This document shows, piece after piece, positions 9,485 to 19,380 of a stretch of 64,000 nt of DNA. The stretch is taken from assembly GCA_029260825.1 (NCBI GenBank), contig JAJDCM010000059.1, positions 13,098 through 77,097 of the forward strand, given 5' to 3'. Position 1 is the stretch's first letter. Each line of letters begins with the position of its first letter. The translations under genes and the position numbers were made by a program. The notes beneath the pieces are model-generated. The model searched no databases, was not told the origin of the DNA, and saw nothing but the letters and a program-made list of their open reading frames with translations. This DNA comes from Planctomycetota bacterium. GTDB lineage: Bacteria; Planctomycetota; JACOTG01; JAJDCM01.

Positions 9485-12220
9485 ATGACCCGAGACGAAG
9501 AAATCCAGGGTCTCTTCGACAAGGCCATCGACGTTGCGCCTGACGAGCGATCGGACTTCCTCGATCAGGAATGTGGTGCAGACCTGGACCTCCGAGACGA
9601 AGTCGAATCTCTACTTTCTCATCACGACCGAGATGTGGAGAGGCCACTCACCCAAAAAGTAGCGGATCAACTTCTGGACGCTATGGGGTTATCCGCATCC
9701 TCGATGGGGAAGATCCCCGATCGCCTGGGACCCTACGAAATCATCGAGAAGATCGGCGAAGGGGCGATGGGAACGGTGTACCTTGCCGAGCAGAAGAGCC
9801 CCGTTCTCCGCCAGGTTGCACTCAAGATCATCAAGCTTGGCATGGACACCAAAGAGGTCATTGCTCGGTTTGAATCCGAACGCCAGGCGCTCGCGATGAT
9901 GAACCACCCCAACATTGCCAAAATCCATGACGCGGGGACCTCTGACGCGGGACGCCCCTATTTCGTCATGGAGTATGTTCCAGGAATTCCCATCAGCAAG
10001 CATTGCGACCAGCAACGTCTCTCTACTCGCGAACGACTCGAGCTGTTTATCCAGGTATGTCATGGAGTGCAGCACTCCCACCAAAAAGGCGTCATCCACC
10101 GCGATCTCAAGCCATCAAACGTCATTGTCGTCATCCAGGACGGAAATTCAGTGGTGAAGATTATCGACTTCGGCGTAGCAAAAGCTATCTATTTTCCTCT
10201 GACCGAAAAAACACTGGTCACCAGCCTGGGACAGCCCATCGGAACGCCCGAGTACATGAGCCCCGAGCAGACCAATAATGTGAGGGACGACATTGACACC
10301 AGGACCGACATCTACTCCCTGGGAGTTCTGCTCTATGAGCTTCTCGTTGGAGAGCCACCTTTCGCTCTCCGGAAAACAGCTCTCGAAGAAGTCTTTCGGA
10401 GAATTCGGGAAGCCGATCCAGCCAAGCCCAGCACACGCATCACAAGCCTCGGAGAGGCAGCCATCGACACTGCAAGCCGCAGAAGTACCGACATCCGAAC
10501 ACTTGCGCGACAACTCCGGGGCGACCTGGACTGGATCTCACTCAAAGCAATGGAGAAGGATCGATCCAAGAGATACGCAGCAGCTACCGATCTTTCCGAC
10601 GACATTCAACGATACCTCGACTGTGAGCCGATCGTGGCGAGACCCCCCAGTGCATCTTACAGGCTCAAGAAGCTACTCCAAAAATACGCAGGCCTTGCAG
10701 CGGCTCTCGCGCTTGTCTTTCTGGTCACTCTCATAGGCGGCGGCGCAACAACAGCATTCTACTTCCAGGCAAAAAACGGGCAAAAGGAGGCAGAGCGGGA
10801 GCGAGAAGCTGTGCTTCGACTCTCAGATATCAGGGTCCTTCAGCAACTTGTCGCTGATTCAGACGAGTTGTGGCCCACCTATCCAGAGAAGATCGATGAG
10901 ATGGAGGCATGGCTCAAGAGAGCCGAGAAGCTCGTCGAAAACCTCCCAACCCATCAGGCTTCTCTTGCTGAACTCACGAAAAGGCTCGAGACAAACGAAA
11001 AGGAACCCGAGTCGACAGTCAGCGTCAGCGAGGGAGAGGATGTGCTCATCGGCAGTTCGCCAAGCACCCGAGGCAACCTGAGAGACACCCAGATAGAAAC
11101 ACAGTGGCAACTGGATATTCTTCGCGACCTGGTTCTGGGGTTGGAGACATTGCTGAACCCCGACCCGAACGTTGGAGTGCTAGCGCACGTGAAAAAACGC
11201 ATTCAGTTCGCAAAGACGCTCCATGTGAATACCATCGAATCTCACCGGAGAGACTGGACAAAAGCGATCAAATCGATCCGCAATGAAAAAGAATGTCCGG
11301 CATATCAAGGTTTGGAACTCAAGCCGCAACTCGGGCTCATTCCCATCGGGCGAGATCAAGAATCACTTCTCTGGGAGTTCTCTCACGCCCAATCAGGCGA
11401 GACTCCGGCGCGAGACGCAAATGGCCGGCTTCTTCTGACGGAGGAAACGGGCCTGGTGATGATCTTGATTCCCGGTGGAAAGTTTTGGATGGGAGCACAG
11501 AGAGAGAAGGAGCATCAACCCAACTACGATCCAGATGCTGAAGGAGATACCTACCCCCTCTACGAAGTACACCTTGACCCGTTCTTCATGTCCAAGTACG
11601 AAATGACTCAAGCGCAATGGAAAAGGTTCACGGGAGACAACCCGAGCGGGGTTGACCCAACAAACTACATTCTTCGATCAATCGGTGATAGCGGGGGACT
11701 TCTCCATCCAGTCGAACAAGTGAGCTGGCAGGACTGCTATCGAGTACTCGGACAGCTGAAACTTCGCCTCCCCACCGAAGCTCAGTGGGAATACTCCGCT
11801 CGAGCGGGAACTGGCTCCATCTGGTGGACAGGGGATGAACGCGAAACGCTACGTGGTTTTACAAACATCTTGGACATTTCCGCCAGAAAACATCACCCCT
11901 CCTTTGCAACCTCCGAACAGTGGGACGATGGATATCCAATGCACGCCTCTGTCGGTAGCTTTCCCCCCAACCCTTTCGGCCTATACGATGTACATGGCAA
12001 CGTCAGTGAGTGGTGCTGGGATCTGCTTTGCAGCTACGGACAGCAGCCCAGACCGGGTGACGGTGCCCGAATACAGAGTCGTTTCACCCTACGCATTTAT
12101 CGAGGTGGTCGCCATAACGGAGATGCACTCCGAGGACGCAGTGCTCTAAGGATGCACTCTCCCCCGGATTCGATCGCGAATGGCCTCGGAGTGCGCCCTG
12201 CTCGACCCATCGATCCTTGA
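9485..12220 (+). CDS. Transmembrane Ser/Thr protein kinase with N-terminal sigma-binding-like region and C-terminal formylglycine-generating-enzyme (FGE-sulfatase/SUMF1-like) domain
   Basis: Kinase motifs GEGAMGTVY, ALKIIK, HRDLKPSNV, DFGVAK, SPEQ. TM helix AGLAAALALVFLVTLIGGGATTAFYF. FGE-like C-terminus: GKFWMGAQ, YEVHLDPFFMSKYEMTQAQW, LPTEAQWEYSARAG, YDVHGNVSEWCWD, RGGRHNGDA. Confidence 0.85.
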   Translation: MTRDEEIQGLFDKAIDVAPDERSDFLDQECGADLDLRDEVESLLSHHDRDVERPLTQKVADQLLDAMGLSASSMGKIPDRLGPYEIIEKIGEGAMGTVYLAEQKSPVLRQVALKIIKLGMDTKEVIARFESERQALAMMNHPNIAKIHDAGTSDAGRPYFVMEYVPGIPISKHCDQQRLSTRERLELFIQVCHGVQHSHQKGVIHRDLKPSNVIVVIQDGNSVVKIIDFGVAKAIYFPLTEKTLVTSLGQPIGTPEYMSPEQTNNVRDDIDTRTDIYSLGVLLYELLVGEPPFALRKTALEEVFRRIREADPAKPSTRITSLGEAAIDTASRRSTDIRTLARQLRGDLDWISLKAMEKDRSKRYAAATDLSDDIQRYLDCEPIVARPPSASYRLKKLLQKYAGLAAALALVFLVTLIGGGATTAFYFQAKNGQKEAEREREAVLRLSDIRVLQQLVADSDELWPTYPEKIDEMEAWLKRAEKLVENLPTHQASLAELTKRLETNEKEPESTVSVSEGEDVLIGSSPSTRGNLRDTQIETQWQLDILRDLVLGLETLLNPDPNVGVLAHVKKRIQFAKTLHVNTIESHRRDWTKAIKSIRNEKECPAYQGLELKPQLGLIPIGRDQESLLWEFSHAQSGETPARDANGRLLLTEETGLVMILIPGGKFWMGAQREKEHQPNYDPDAEGDTYPLYEVHLDPFFMSKYEMTQAQWKRFTGDNPSGVDPTNYILRSIGDSGGLLHPVEQVSWQDCYRVLGQLKLRLPTEAQWEYSARAGTGSIWWTGDERETLRGFTNILDISARKHHPSFATSEQWDDGYPMHASVGSFPPNPFGLYDVHGNVSEWCWDLLCSYGQQPRPGDGARIQSRFTLRIYRGGRHNGDALRGRSALRMHSPPDSIANGLGVRPARPIDP

Positions 12221-12492
12221 AAGTAGTAGCTCTCCTCGCTCTTCATCATCGGTGCACCCACTCAAGACTTCCCACAGTCCGAAAGCCGAGGAGCCGGCTA
12301 ACTCAATAAGCGTTCTCGGTGATGTACCGCATCCTAAAAGACTGAGATACCCGGACTTGTGCGCCCAATAAGCACGGTAGGTGAGTTTTCACAGAAGATC
12401 AAAGAAGGTTGTCCTACAATTGCCCCTTCCGTCCAAGGCGAAAAAGAAAAGAACGAAATTGATGGCCCCTCAGGATCACAAACTCTAAGACC

Positions 12493-13971
12493 ATGCAGCG
12501 ACTCTCACTTCCAAGAAAGTGGATCGGCCTCCTGTGCCTTGCGTCCCTTCTTTCGGGCTGTGGCGACAAGGGGCCTCCAAACATCGTGTTGATCACGGTG
12601 GATACTCTCCGCGTGGACCATCTGTCCTATGCCGGATACTCACGGGAGACATCGCCGAACCTTGATGCACTCGCCGAGGAATCGATTCAGTTCACGAATG
12701 CTTTTGCAAACCGAGGACAGACCTGGCCATCACTCACCACCGTCATGACCGGTCTCCACCCGATCGCCCACGGAGTGAGAAAAAATGGCCAGATGCTCTC
12801 GGCTGAGATTCCCGCTCTCGCTCAACTCTTGAAGGAAGGTGGCTACGAAACCGGCTCCTTCCTCACTAACTACTGCAATGCGCCCAATCGCGGGTTCGAT
12901 ACGAAGAAATACTTCTGGAACACCACCATTCCTCAGCACAAGTGGGACTCCCAGATGACTGCCGCTTGCCAGAAGTGGCTGGCCGAGCGATCGGGAGACC
13001 AGCCTTTCTTCTGCTGGCTTCATCTCATGAGCCCTCACGCCGACTTCGACCCTCCTGAGCCCTATCGCACACGCTTTACGAACGGAAAGGCCGGATCCAT
13101 CACTGGGAAAAAGAGCGACATGGATCGAATCATGCTCGGAGAAGTCATTCCATCGGAAGAAGACATCCAGCATCTCATCGATCTCTATGATGGCGAGATC
13201 GCGTTCACCGATTCGCTCATCGGGAATCTACTGGAAGATCTTTCAAAGAAAGGCGTACTCGAGAACTCCGTCGTCGTCTTCCTTGCCGACCATGGCGAGG
13301 AGCTCTTGGACCACAAGAACTACGTTTATCACACCTGTTCTCTTTTCGATTCAGTTCTGCGAGTTCCGCTGCTGATTCGACTTCCCGAAGCAGAACGAAA
13401 GGGCACAAAGATCAACCAGGTGGCTTCTCTTGAAAACATCCTTCCGACTCTCCTTGGGCTCGCCGGACTACCGACTCCAGCTCACATCGACCGCACGAGT
13501 CTCCTCGAGGCCTTTCCCGGAGAAGACGAGGGAGCCGTCATCGCCGAATGGACAGGAAGAAATGAGTGGACTGGATCCGAGGACCCGGCCCTTGAAGTGG
13601 ATGGAGAGCGAGCCCCCCGGATCTTCGCCCTTCGCAACGATGAGTACAAATACATCTACAATCCGGGCGGCTTTTCGCCACGAGGTCATCCTTACCAGTT
13701 ACTCCCCACCGGCGGATTCCCCTATGAACTCGAGGAGCTTTACCACATCTCAAGTGATCCCGGAGAAACGAAGAACATTGCCTCGGATCGCCCGGACATT
13801 GTGGCCCGTCTTCGCCAAGATGTGGTCCGCTGGCTCGCCAGAGATCGGCAACTGAAAGGAAAAAGCGGAGCTCCAGACGCTGCGACCCGGAAAACTCTCG
13901 AATCCCTTGGTTACGTCGTCGAGGAGGAGAAGGCCGGAGAAAACCCGTCAAAGAAAGAAGGGAAACGTTGA
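12493..13971 (+). CDS. Lipoprotein of the alkaline-phosphatase superfamily with sulfatase-like fold but a Thr-type (NPP/phosphodiesterase-like) nucleophile motif
   Basis: Lipobox LLSGC. N-terminal NIVLITVDTLRVDH metal-binding block. Where sulfatases have C-x-P-x-R, this protein has GQTWPSLTTVMTGLHPIAHG, which resembles the nucleotide pyrophosphatase/phosphodiesterase TFPNHYSIVTG Thr-nucleophile block. The C-terminal DEYKYIYNP...LYHISSDPGETKN is sulfatase-like. Confidence 0.75.
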   Translation: MQRLSLPRKWIGLLCLASLLSGCGDKGPPNIVLITVDTLRVDHLSYAGYSRETSPNLDALAEESIQFTNAFANRGQTWPSLTTVMTGLHPIAHGVRKNGQMLSAEIPALAQLLKEGGYETGSFLTNYCNAPNRGFDTKKYFWNTTIPQHKWDSQMTAACQKWLAERSGDQPFFCWLHLMSPHADFDPPEPYRTRFTNGKAGSITGKKSDMDRIMLGEVIPSEEDIQHLIDLYDGEIAFTDSLIGNLLEDLSKKGVLENSVVVFLADHGEELLDHKNYVYHTCSLFDSVLRVPLLIRLPEAERKGTKINQVASLENILPTLLGLAGLPTPAHIDRTSLLEAFPGEDEGAVIAEWTGRNEWTGSEDPALEVDGERAPRIFALRNDEYKYIYNPGGFSPRGHPYQLLPTGGFPYELEELYHISSDPGETKNIASDRPDIVARLRQDVVRWLARDRQLKGKSGAPDAATRKTLESLGYVVEEEKAGENPSKKEGKR

Positions 13972-14054
13972 TCGCGGAAACACCGAAGAATGCTCATCGA
14001 CCTTCAAGCCAACCTTCAAACCCCGTCGGTCATTCGTCGCTTCTCCGTGCTCTG

Positions 14055-15440
14055 ATGCTTTCTTTCTTGTCGCTGGCCGTTTGGGGATGTCCTTCTGATC
14101 CACCAAGAACCAATTCGCATCCCAACGTCGTCATCTTTCTCGCCGATGACCTCGGGATGGGAGACGTTGGCTACCTGGGAAGTGAGATCCCCACCCCTCA
14201 CATCGATCGTCTTGCAAATAACGGTCTCGTGTTCCACAGATTCTATACGGAACCCTACTGCACGCCTTCCCGAGCCGCTCTCTTGACCGGAAGGAATCCG
14301 ATTCGATACGGTCTGAGCTCTTCCGTGCTTCGTCCCTGGAGCGAATCCGGACTTCCCTCGTCGGAAACACTTCTCTCCGAGACCTTCCAGGCGGCCAACT
14401 ACTACACGGCCTTGGTCGGGAAATGGCACCTTGGTCACCGGAAAAAAGAGATGCACCCCAACTCGAGAGGCTTCGATCATTTCTACGGGCACCTGGGAGG
14501 TCGCATCGACTACTTCACCCATCAGGTTTCCTACCGGAAACTCGATGGTCAAAAGCTCGGACTTGACTGGCAAAGAAACGGCAAAGGAATCACAGAAAAA
14601 GGCTACTCCACCGATCTTCTGGCTCAGGAAGCGGTAAAAGTCGTGAACACGAGCGATCCAGGTCGTCCTCTGTTTCTCCTTCTATCTTTCAACGCTCCTC
14701 ACCCACCCCTTCAGGCAACTCCTCAAAAACTCGAGGAGTTCAAGAACATCGGAAGTCCCCAGCGCCAGACCTATGCCGCCATGGTGGCATCCCTTGACGA
14801 CGCAGTAGGTGATGTAACTCGGGCCTTGCAGGAAGAAGGCATGCTCGACAACACATTGATTGTCTTCATGAGCGACAACGGAGCAGCTCCGGCAAAGGGC
14901 GGGAGAAACGGACAGTATCGAGGAGGCAAAGCGTCGACGTGGGAGGGCGGGATCAGGGTCCCGGCATTTCTTCATTGGCCCCAGAAGATTCCCGGGGGAC
15001 AGCACACCCAGCAACTCATATCGAGCCTTGATCTATTGCCGACCATCGCTTCTGCGGTCGGCGTCCCTGTAACCTCCCATCTCCCTCTGGACGGAAAAGA
15101 TCTGTGGGAACTCATTCATCTGGGAGCCACCGAGCCGCGCCAGGATCTCCATTTTGCGGCACTGAACGGAGAGCTTCTTTTTCTTACCACGCTTCGCGAA
15201 ACCTGGAAGCTTGTCCGAGAGGTTGATGGGCGCGATGGAACATCCAGGGAGCGCCTGTTCGATTTGACCGACCCGACCGAACGGAACGATGTCCTCGCGG
15301 AGCAAGCTAAGATCGCCTCGGAACTCAGTCTTTCCCTCGACAAGTGGTTGGCTCTGGGGAAGGGAGAGATCCAGGCAGAGGAAGAAGATCCCCCGGTGCA
15401 GTGGCGACCTCCGACGGATTGGGCCAAGGCGGCCGAGTGA
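14055..15440 (+). CDS. Arylsulfatase-family (formylglycine-dependent) sulfatase, lipoprotein
   Basis: Canonical signature PYCTPSRAALLTGR (C-x-P-x-R). N-terminal VVIFLADDLGMGDVG. GKWHLG. Lipobox LAVWGC at the internal Met at 14055. The ORF-track TTG start at 13968 overlaps the upstream stop. Confidence 0.8.
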   Translation: MLSFLSLAVWGCPSDPPRTNSHPNVVIFLADDLGMGDVGYLGSEIPTPHIDRLANNGLVFHRFYTEPYCTPSRAALLTGRNPIRYGLSSSVLRPWSESGLPSSETLLSETFQAANYYTALVGKWHLGHRKKEMHPNSRGFDHFYGHLGGRIDYFTHQVSYRKLDGQKLGLDWQRNGKGITEKGYSTDLLAQEAVKVVNTSDPGRPLFLLLSFNAPHPPLQATPQKLEEFKNIGSPQRQTYAAMVASLDDAVGDVTRALQEEGMLDNTLIVFMSDNGAAPAKGGRNGQYRGGKASTWEGGIRVPAFLHWPQKIPGGQHTQQLISSLDLLPTIASAVGVPVTSHLPLDGKDLWELIHLGATEPRQDLHFAALNGELLFLTTLRETWKLVREVDGRDGTSRERLFDLTDPTERNDVLAEQAKIASELSLSLDKWLALGKGEIQAEEEDPPVQWRPPTDWAKAAE

Positions 15441-15732
15441 TGGCGGGTTGCGGAGTCTTCACCGGGCCTTTGCCCTGACTGAATTGAAGTTCTCGAACTC
15501 GATGATCGAAGCTGGTGGAGAATTTGACGAAAAGCGTAGGAAGTCGCCCTACTCCAAGAGTAGATCCGGATCAAGGGGTACGAGAATGCTTCGGGTTCCT
15601 CCGTTCCGCGGAAGTCTCATGGCCAGGTCGTCTTAAAGAAGTCAGCCTCCCGAGCCTTTACCCGTCGTCCGCAATGCTCTATCATCGGGTCAGTAAAGGC
15701 TTTGGTTGTGGCGTTTTCGTGGAGGATTCCCA

Positions 15733-16860
15733 ATGTCCAATGACAAACGTTTCTTTCTATGGATTTGTGTGTGGCTCGTTGTCGGTCAGGCCGCTCATGC
15801 GCAACCACGCCCCACGCCGGGCCGACCCGCAACTATCGGGAATACAACCGCACCAGACGCACCGCGGCCGAAGCTCCCTTGGGTTCCTCTCCCCGATCCG
15901 TCAGAGGTTGCCCCCCCAATCGACCCCACGATTCCAACAACAGTCTTTGCCGCAACCGAGTTCCTCTACTCTGGCCCCAATCCTATCCAGGTCGGCGTCA
16001 GTCCAGGAACGATTGTCCCGTCAAGAGTGGCAGTACTCAGGGGCAGAGTTTTGGACCGCTGTGGCCAGCCCGTATCGCGGGTGAGGGTCCGAGTACTTGG
16101 TCAGCAGCAGTACGGTTGGACATTCACACGCCCTCGAGACGGAATGTTCGATCTCGTTGTCAACGGCGGCGGGCCACTAACTCTGAAGTTCGTCAAGGAC
16201 GGATACCTGGAGGTACACCGCACACCGGTCGCACCCTTGCAGGACTACCTTTTCCTCGACGATATCTGCGTGACGACACTGGACTCACAAGTCACGTCGA
16301 TCGATCTCACTTCAGGCCGTCCCATCCAATGTGCGCGAGGCAGCATCTCAAGTGACAATGACGGCAATCGGCAGGCGACGCTGCTCTTCTGCCAGGGCAC
16401 GGAAGCCACGATGAGGCTTCCGGATGGCACGTCCAAGCCTCTGAGCGCGTTGAATGTCCGCGCCACCGAGTACACCGTCGGCCCAGATGGTCCAGAGGCA
16501 ATGCCAGGCGGACTCCCCCCTACGAGTGCGTACACTTACTGCGCAGAGTTCACCGTAGATGAGGCAATGGCTGCCGGCGCAAACACGGTTGAGTTTTCCC
16601 AACCGGTATATTTCTATGTGGAGAACTTCCTCGGTTTCCCCGTCGGCGGCATCGTCCCCACGGGATCCTATGATCGAGTGAACGGCCTCTGGGTGGGATC
16701 TGACAATGGAATCGTGATTGCTATCGTCTCCATTTCCTCCGGCATGGCAAATTTGGACCTCGACGGCGACGGTCAACCCGAAATGGCTCAAGCCTACGCG
16801 GACCTAGGAATCACCGAAGACGAGCGCATTGCGTCGAAAAGGGTCCCCTGGAAAACGTGA
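15733..16860 (+). CDS. Secreted protein resembling the N-terminal part of teneurin/Rhs-like YD proteins (CarboxypepD_reg/TTR-like domain), apparently truncated
   Basis: ggagga RBS 6 nt before the ATG at 15733. Signal peptide MSNDKRFFLWICVWLVVGQAAHA. Pro-rich linker. Carboxypeptidase-regulatory-like block RVAVLRGRVLDRCGQPVSRVRVRVLG...DGMFDLVVNGGGPLTLKFVKDGY. The ORF stops at 16860, and the ~800 bp after it contains no convincing gene. Confidence 0.45.
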   Translation: MSNDKRFFLWICVWLVVGQAAHAQPRPTPGRPATIGNTTAPDAPRPKLPWVPLPDPSEVAPPIDPTIPTTVFAATEFLYSGPNPIQVGVSPGTIVPSRVAVLRGRVLDRCGQPVSRVRVRVLGQQQYGWTFTRPRDGMFDLVVNGGGPLTLKFVKDGYLEVHRTPVAPLQDYLFLDDICVTTLDSQVTSIDLTSGRPIQCARGSISSDNDGNRQATLLFCQGTEATMRLPDGTSKPLSALNVRATEYTVGPDGPEAMPGGLPPTSAYTYCAEFTVDEAMAAGANTVEFSQPVYFYVENFLGFPVGGIVPTGSYDRVNGLWVGSDNGIVIAIVSISSGMANLDLDGDGQPEMAQAYADLGITEDERIASKRVPWKT

Positions 16861-17733
16861 AGCGGTGTCTCGGCGGGACCAAGGGGCTCCGTCCCGTCAG
16901 GAGCAAGATCCAGAACCGGCTGCCGTCGATACGGTGCATAGCCGGGGGGATAGAGCGTGAAATGTTTCCGGTGCGTGCCACATCGGATCACCAGCAACGG
17001 GAAATCCGGACCTGTCTTACGGTGTCTGAGGTGATGCTCGGTCACCTTGCACGGCGGATCGCCAGGCTGCTTCAGAGGGCAGTGGGTCGGCACGTGACAA
17101 TGATACGCTCCATCGTACGGAGTCATGATGAAAAAGCCGCGTGCGCTCGGACGAGCAGTATGCGAGAATGACACCACTGGCGATTGGAAGTCTTATCCAA
17201 AGCGACCGAAGCCAGTGACGAGGCCCGCAGGTGCAATCTGCGGGCTTCACTTTTTTCTCGCGCCTTGCTTCTGACGTCGCATCCAGCCGATCATCCTACC
17301 CGACAGCACCCGAACTTTCCCCTTGCTCCTGTCTTCGATTCTTCAAGTCCGTGCCACGGAACGCGCAACGAGAATTGCGACTCGTGCCTTTGGGCGCGCA
17401 ACGTAACAGGGGTACCCATTCCTACGAACCGATCGAGTGCTGGGCCGGATCCCTCTTGTATTTTGGGGCTCCGAGCGGCCCTGCATATTATTTTCATCCG
17501 AAAGAAGCAGGCCCTCATGACGTACATTTGTGGCATAGTGACTGTCGGATTTGTGTCTCTAAAGTTTGATAGGAGTCGCTGACATGGAACACTACCCCAT
17601 GCAGCTCACTAATGTTCTCGCCCCCCCCTCAGTTCTCCAAGGTCTCTGACCAACCGCTTCTCTCCCCCCGCAAAAGAGCTGAGTGCGGTCCTCAAACCAA
17701 GTCGAGAAACAACCCTCATTGGAGTCCTGTGTC

Positions 17734-19380
17734 ATGAAGATCTCGCGATTTCTTCTTCTACTCATCTTCGCCTTGTGCGCACCGGGTTACGGAGTCGCCC
17801 AATGCGATTTTGAGGAATTGCAGAAGGTTTTCGACCCAAACGCCTCTCAATTCGACTGGTTTGGTCATTCAGTATCCTTCGATGGCGATGTCGCAATCGT
17901 CGGGTCATTTCAAGACGATGATACGGGCCTGAATAATGGGTCGGTATTCATCTATCGCTCGAATGGATCTACCTGGACCGAAGAACAGAAGATCAACGGA
18001 CAAGCGTCGAGCAGAGGATTCGGTGCATCGGTAACAATTGAGGATGATGTGGCAGTCGTAGTTGCTATCGCTTCGGGCAAAGTACTAGTCTTTCGCTTCA
18101 ACGGAACCTCGTGGGAAGAAGAAACAGTTTTGCCTGTCCAAATACCGCGCTCCGTCTCTCTCGACAATGGTGTTCTGATCGTTGGTTCAGACGACAGCGT
18201 TGGTGGCGAAGCTAGTATTTTTACCTATGATGAGGATCAATGGATTCTTGAGGACACGATCACGGCGAGTGATGCCTCGTTTGATGATCAATTTGGTAGA
18301 GCAGTATCCATAGACGGCCAGCATCGTGTCGCCATTATTGGCGCACCAAAGAATGACGATGCCTGTCCGCAGAGTCTAAACTGTGACTCAGGGTCGAGCT
18401 ATATTTTTCGCTACGATGGTTCGTCATGGGTTCAGGAGCAAAAGATAACTGCAAGCGATGCTGACAGAGTGGACGAATTTGGTTCTACGGTGAGTATCGT
18501 CGCGGATCAAGCTGTTGTTGGCGGCAGCGGACCAGCCATACCAGGCAAAAAAGCATATGCCTTTCGATTTACTAGTGGGAATTGGATCGAAGAACAGCGG
18601 TTAACCGCCCCTAACGCAGCTCTGGGAAATAGTGTTGTCTTGGGAGAACGAGGCCTCGTGGCTGTCGGTGGCGTTTCTGGTCAGTCAAATTTGGGAGAGG
18701 TATACACGTTCAAGTTCGACGGAAACACATGGAACTCGGACCAGGTGCTAACCGCAAGCGACGCTAAGATGTTCGACGATTTCGGGTTTGCAGTCGACAT
18801 AAGCGGAAGCGAGCTTCTTGTCGGTGCGCGCCTTGCTAGTGAACCTACGCACTCAGGAGCAGCGTACTTTCTCCGTCAGAATTTCGATTGCTCTAAAGGA
18901 AACGTAAATACAGGAGTGGGGCCAGCAACAGATGTTCTCTTCATAAACGGTTCTCCGGGAAACATCAACGCTACTGTCAACGTCTCTCTTGGTGAAGCGG
19001 TGACTTTTGCACTAGACGCAGCACCCGAGGGCCCGGTTTCAGGGAACTACCTCCTGTATGTTTGGAGCGGCTTTCCCGTCAAATGTGGAGATCTCATGGC
19101 TATGGGAGAGATGATTGGCTGCATGGTCAATCCTACTCCGTTTATGAGACCTCAAAACCCACAACCATTCCGTTGTCTTCGAAGTAGCGGCATTCCGAGC
19201 GTTGTATGTAGCGGAATCGTTGAGAAGGCGGGACCCGCAACAGTTCCTTGGGATCTCACCCTAAATCAAGGGTTTCAGCAGTCCGCCGTGTTCACACTCC
19301 AAGCAATCATCCAGGACCAAGGTGCGGGTAATGCAACGGGCTATTCTGTGACGAACGCTGCAACTGTTGTGGCTGAGTAA
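17734..19380 (+). CDS. Secreted FG-GAP-repeat beta-propeller protein with shared CTD
   Basis: Signal peptide MKISRFLLLLIFALCAPGYGVAQ. About 7 repeats of FG.SV...GD.A.VGS..DD.....GS.YIF....G.W (e.g. DWFGHSVSFDGDVAIVGSFQDDDTGLNNGSVFIYR). C-terminal ~160 aa = CTD. Confidence 0.8.
   Translation: MKISRFLLLLIFALCAPGYGVAQCDFEELQKVFDPNASQFDWFGHSVSFDGDVAIVGSFQDDDTGLNNGSVFIYRSNGSTWTEEQKINGQASSRGFGASVTIEDDVAVVVAIASGKVLVFRFNGTSWEEETVLPVQIPRSVSLDNGVLIVGSDDSVGGEASIFTYDEDQWILEDTITASDASFDDQFGRAVSIDGQHRVAIIGAPKNDDACPQSLNCDSGSSYIFRYDGSSWVQEQKITASDADRVDEFGSTVSIVADQAVVGGSGPAIPGKKAYAFRFTSGNWIEEQRLTAPNAALGNSVVLGERGLVAVGGVSGQSNLGEVYTFKFDGNTWNSDQVLTASDAKMFDDFGFAVDISGSELLVGARLASEPTHSGAAYFLRQNFDCSKGNVNTGVGPATDVLFINGSPGNINATVNVSLGEAVTFALDAAPEGPVSGNYLLYVWSGFPVKCGDLMAMGEMIGCMVNPTPFMRPQNPQPFRCLRSSGIPSVVCSGIVEKAGPATVPWDLTLNQGFQQSAVFTLQAIIQDQGAGNATGYSVTNAATVVAE
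18895..19377 (+). other. Shared C-terminal domain (CTD) instance 2
   Basis: GNVNTGVGPATDVLFINGSPGN...NYLLYVWSGFP...IGCMVNPTPFMRPQNPQPFRCLRSSGIPSVVCSG...GNATGYSVTNAATVVAE. Confidence 0.75.

Noticed and set aside
16794-17177. 127-aa minus-strand ORF as a transposase gene
   Set aside because: Only a short His/Cys-rich stretch is suggestive. There is no DDE/catalytic region, no terminal inverted repeats were identified, and the ORF overlaps the end of the 15733-16860 gene. It is kept as a low-confidence remnant hypothesis in the findings.
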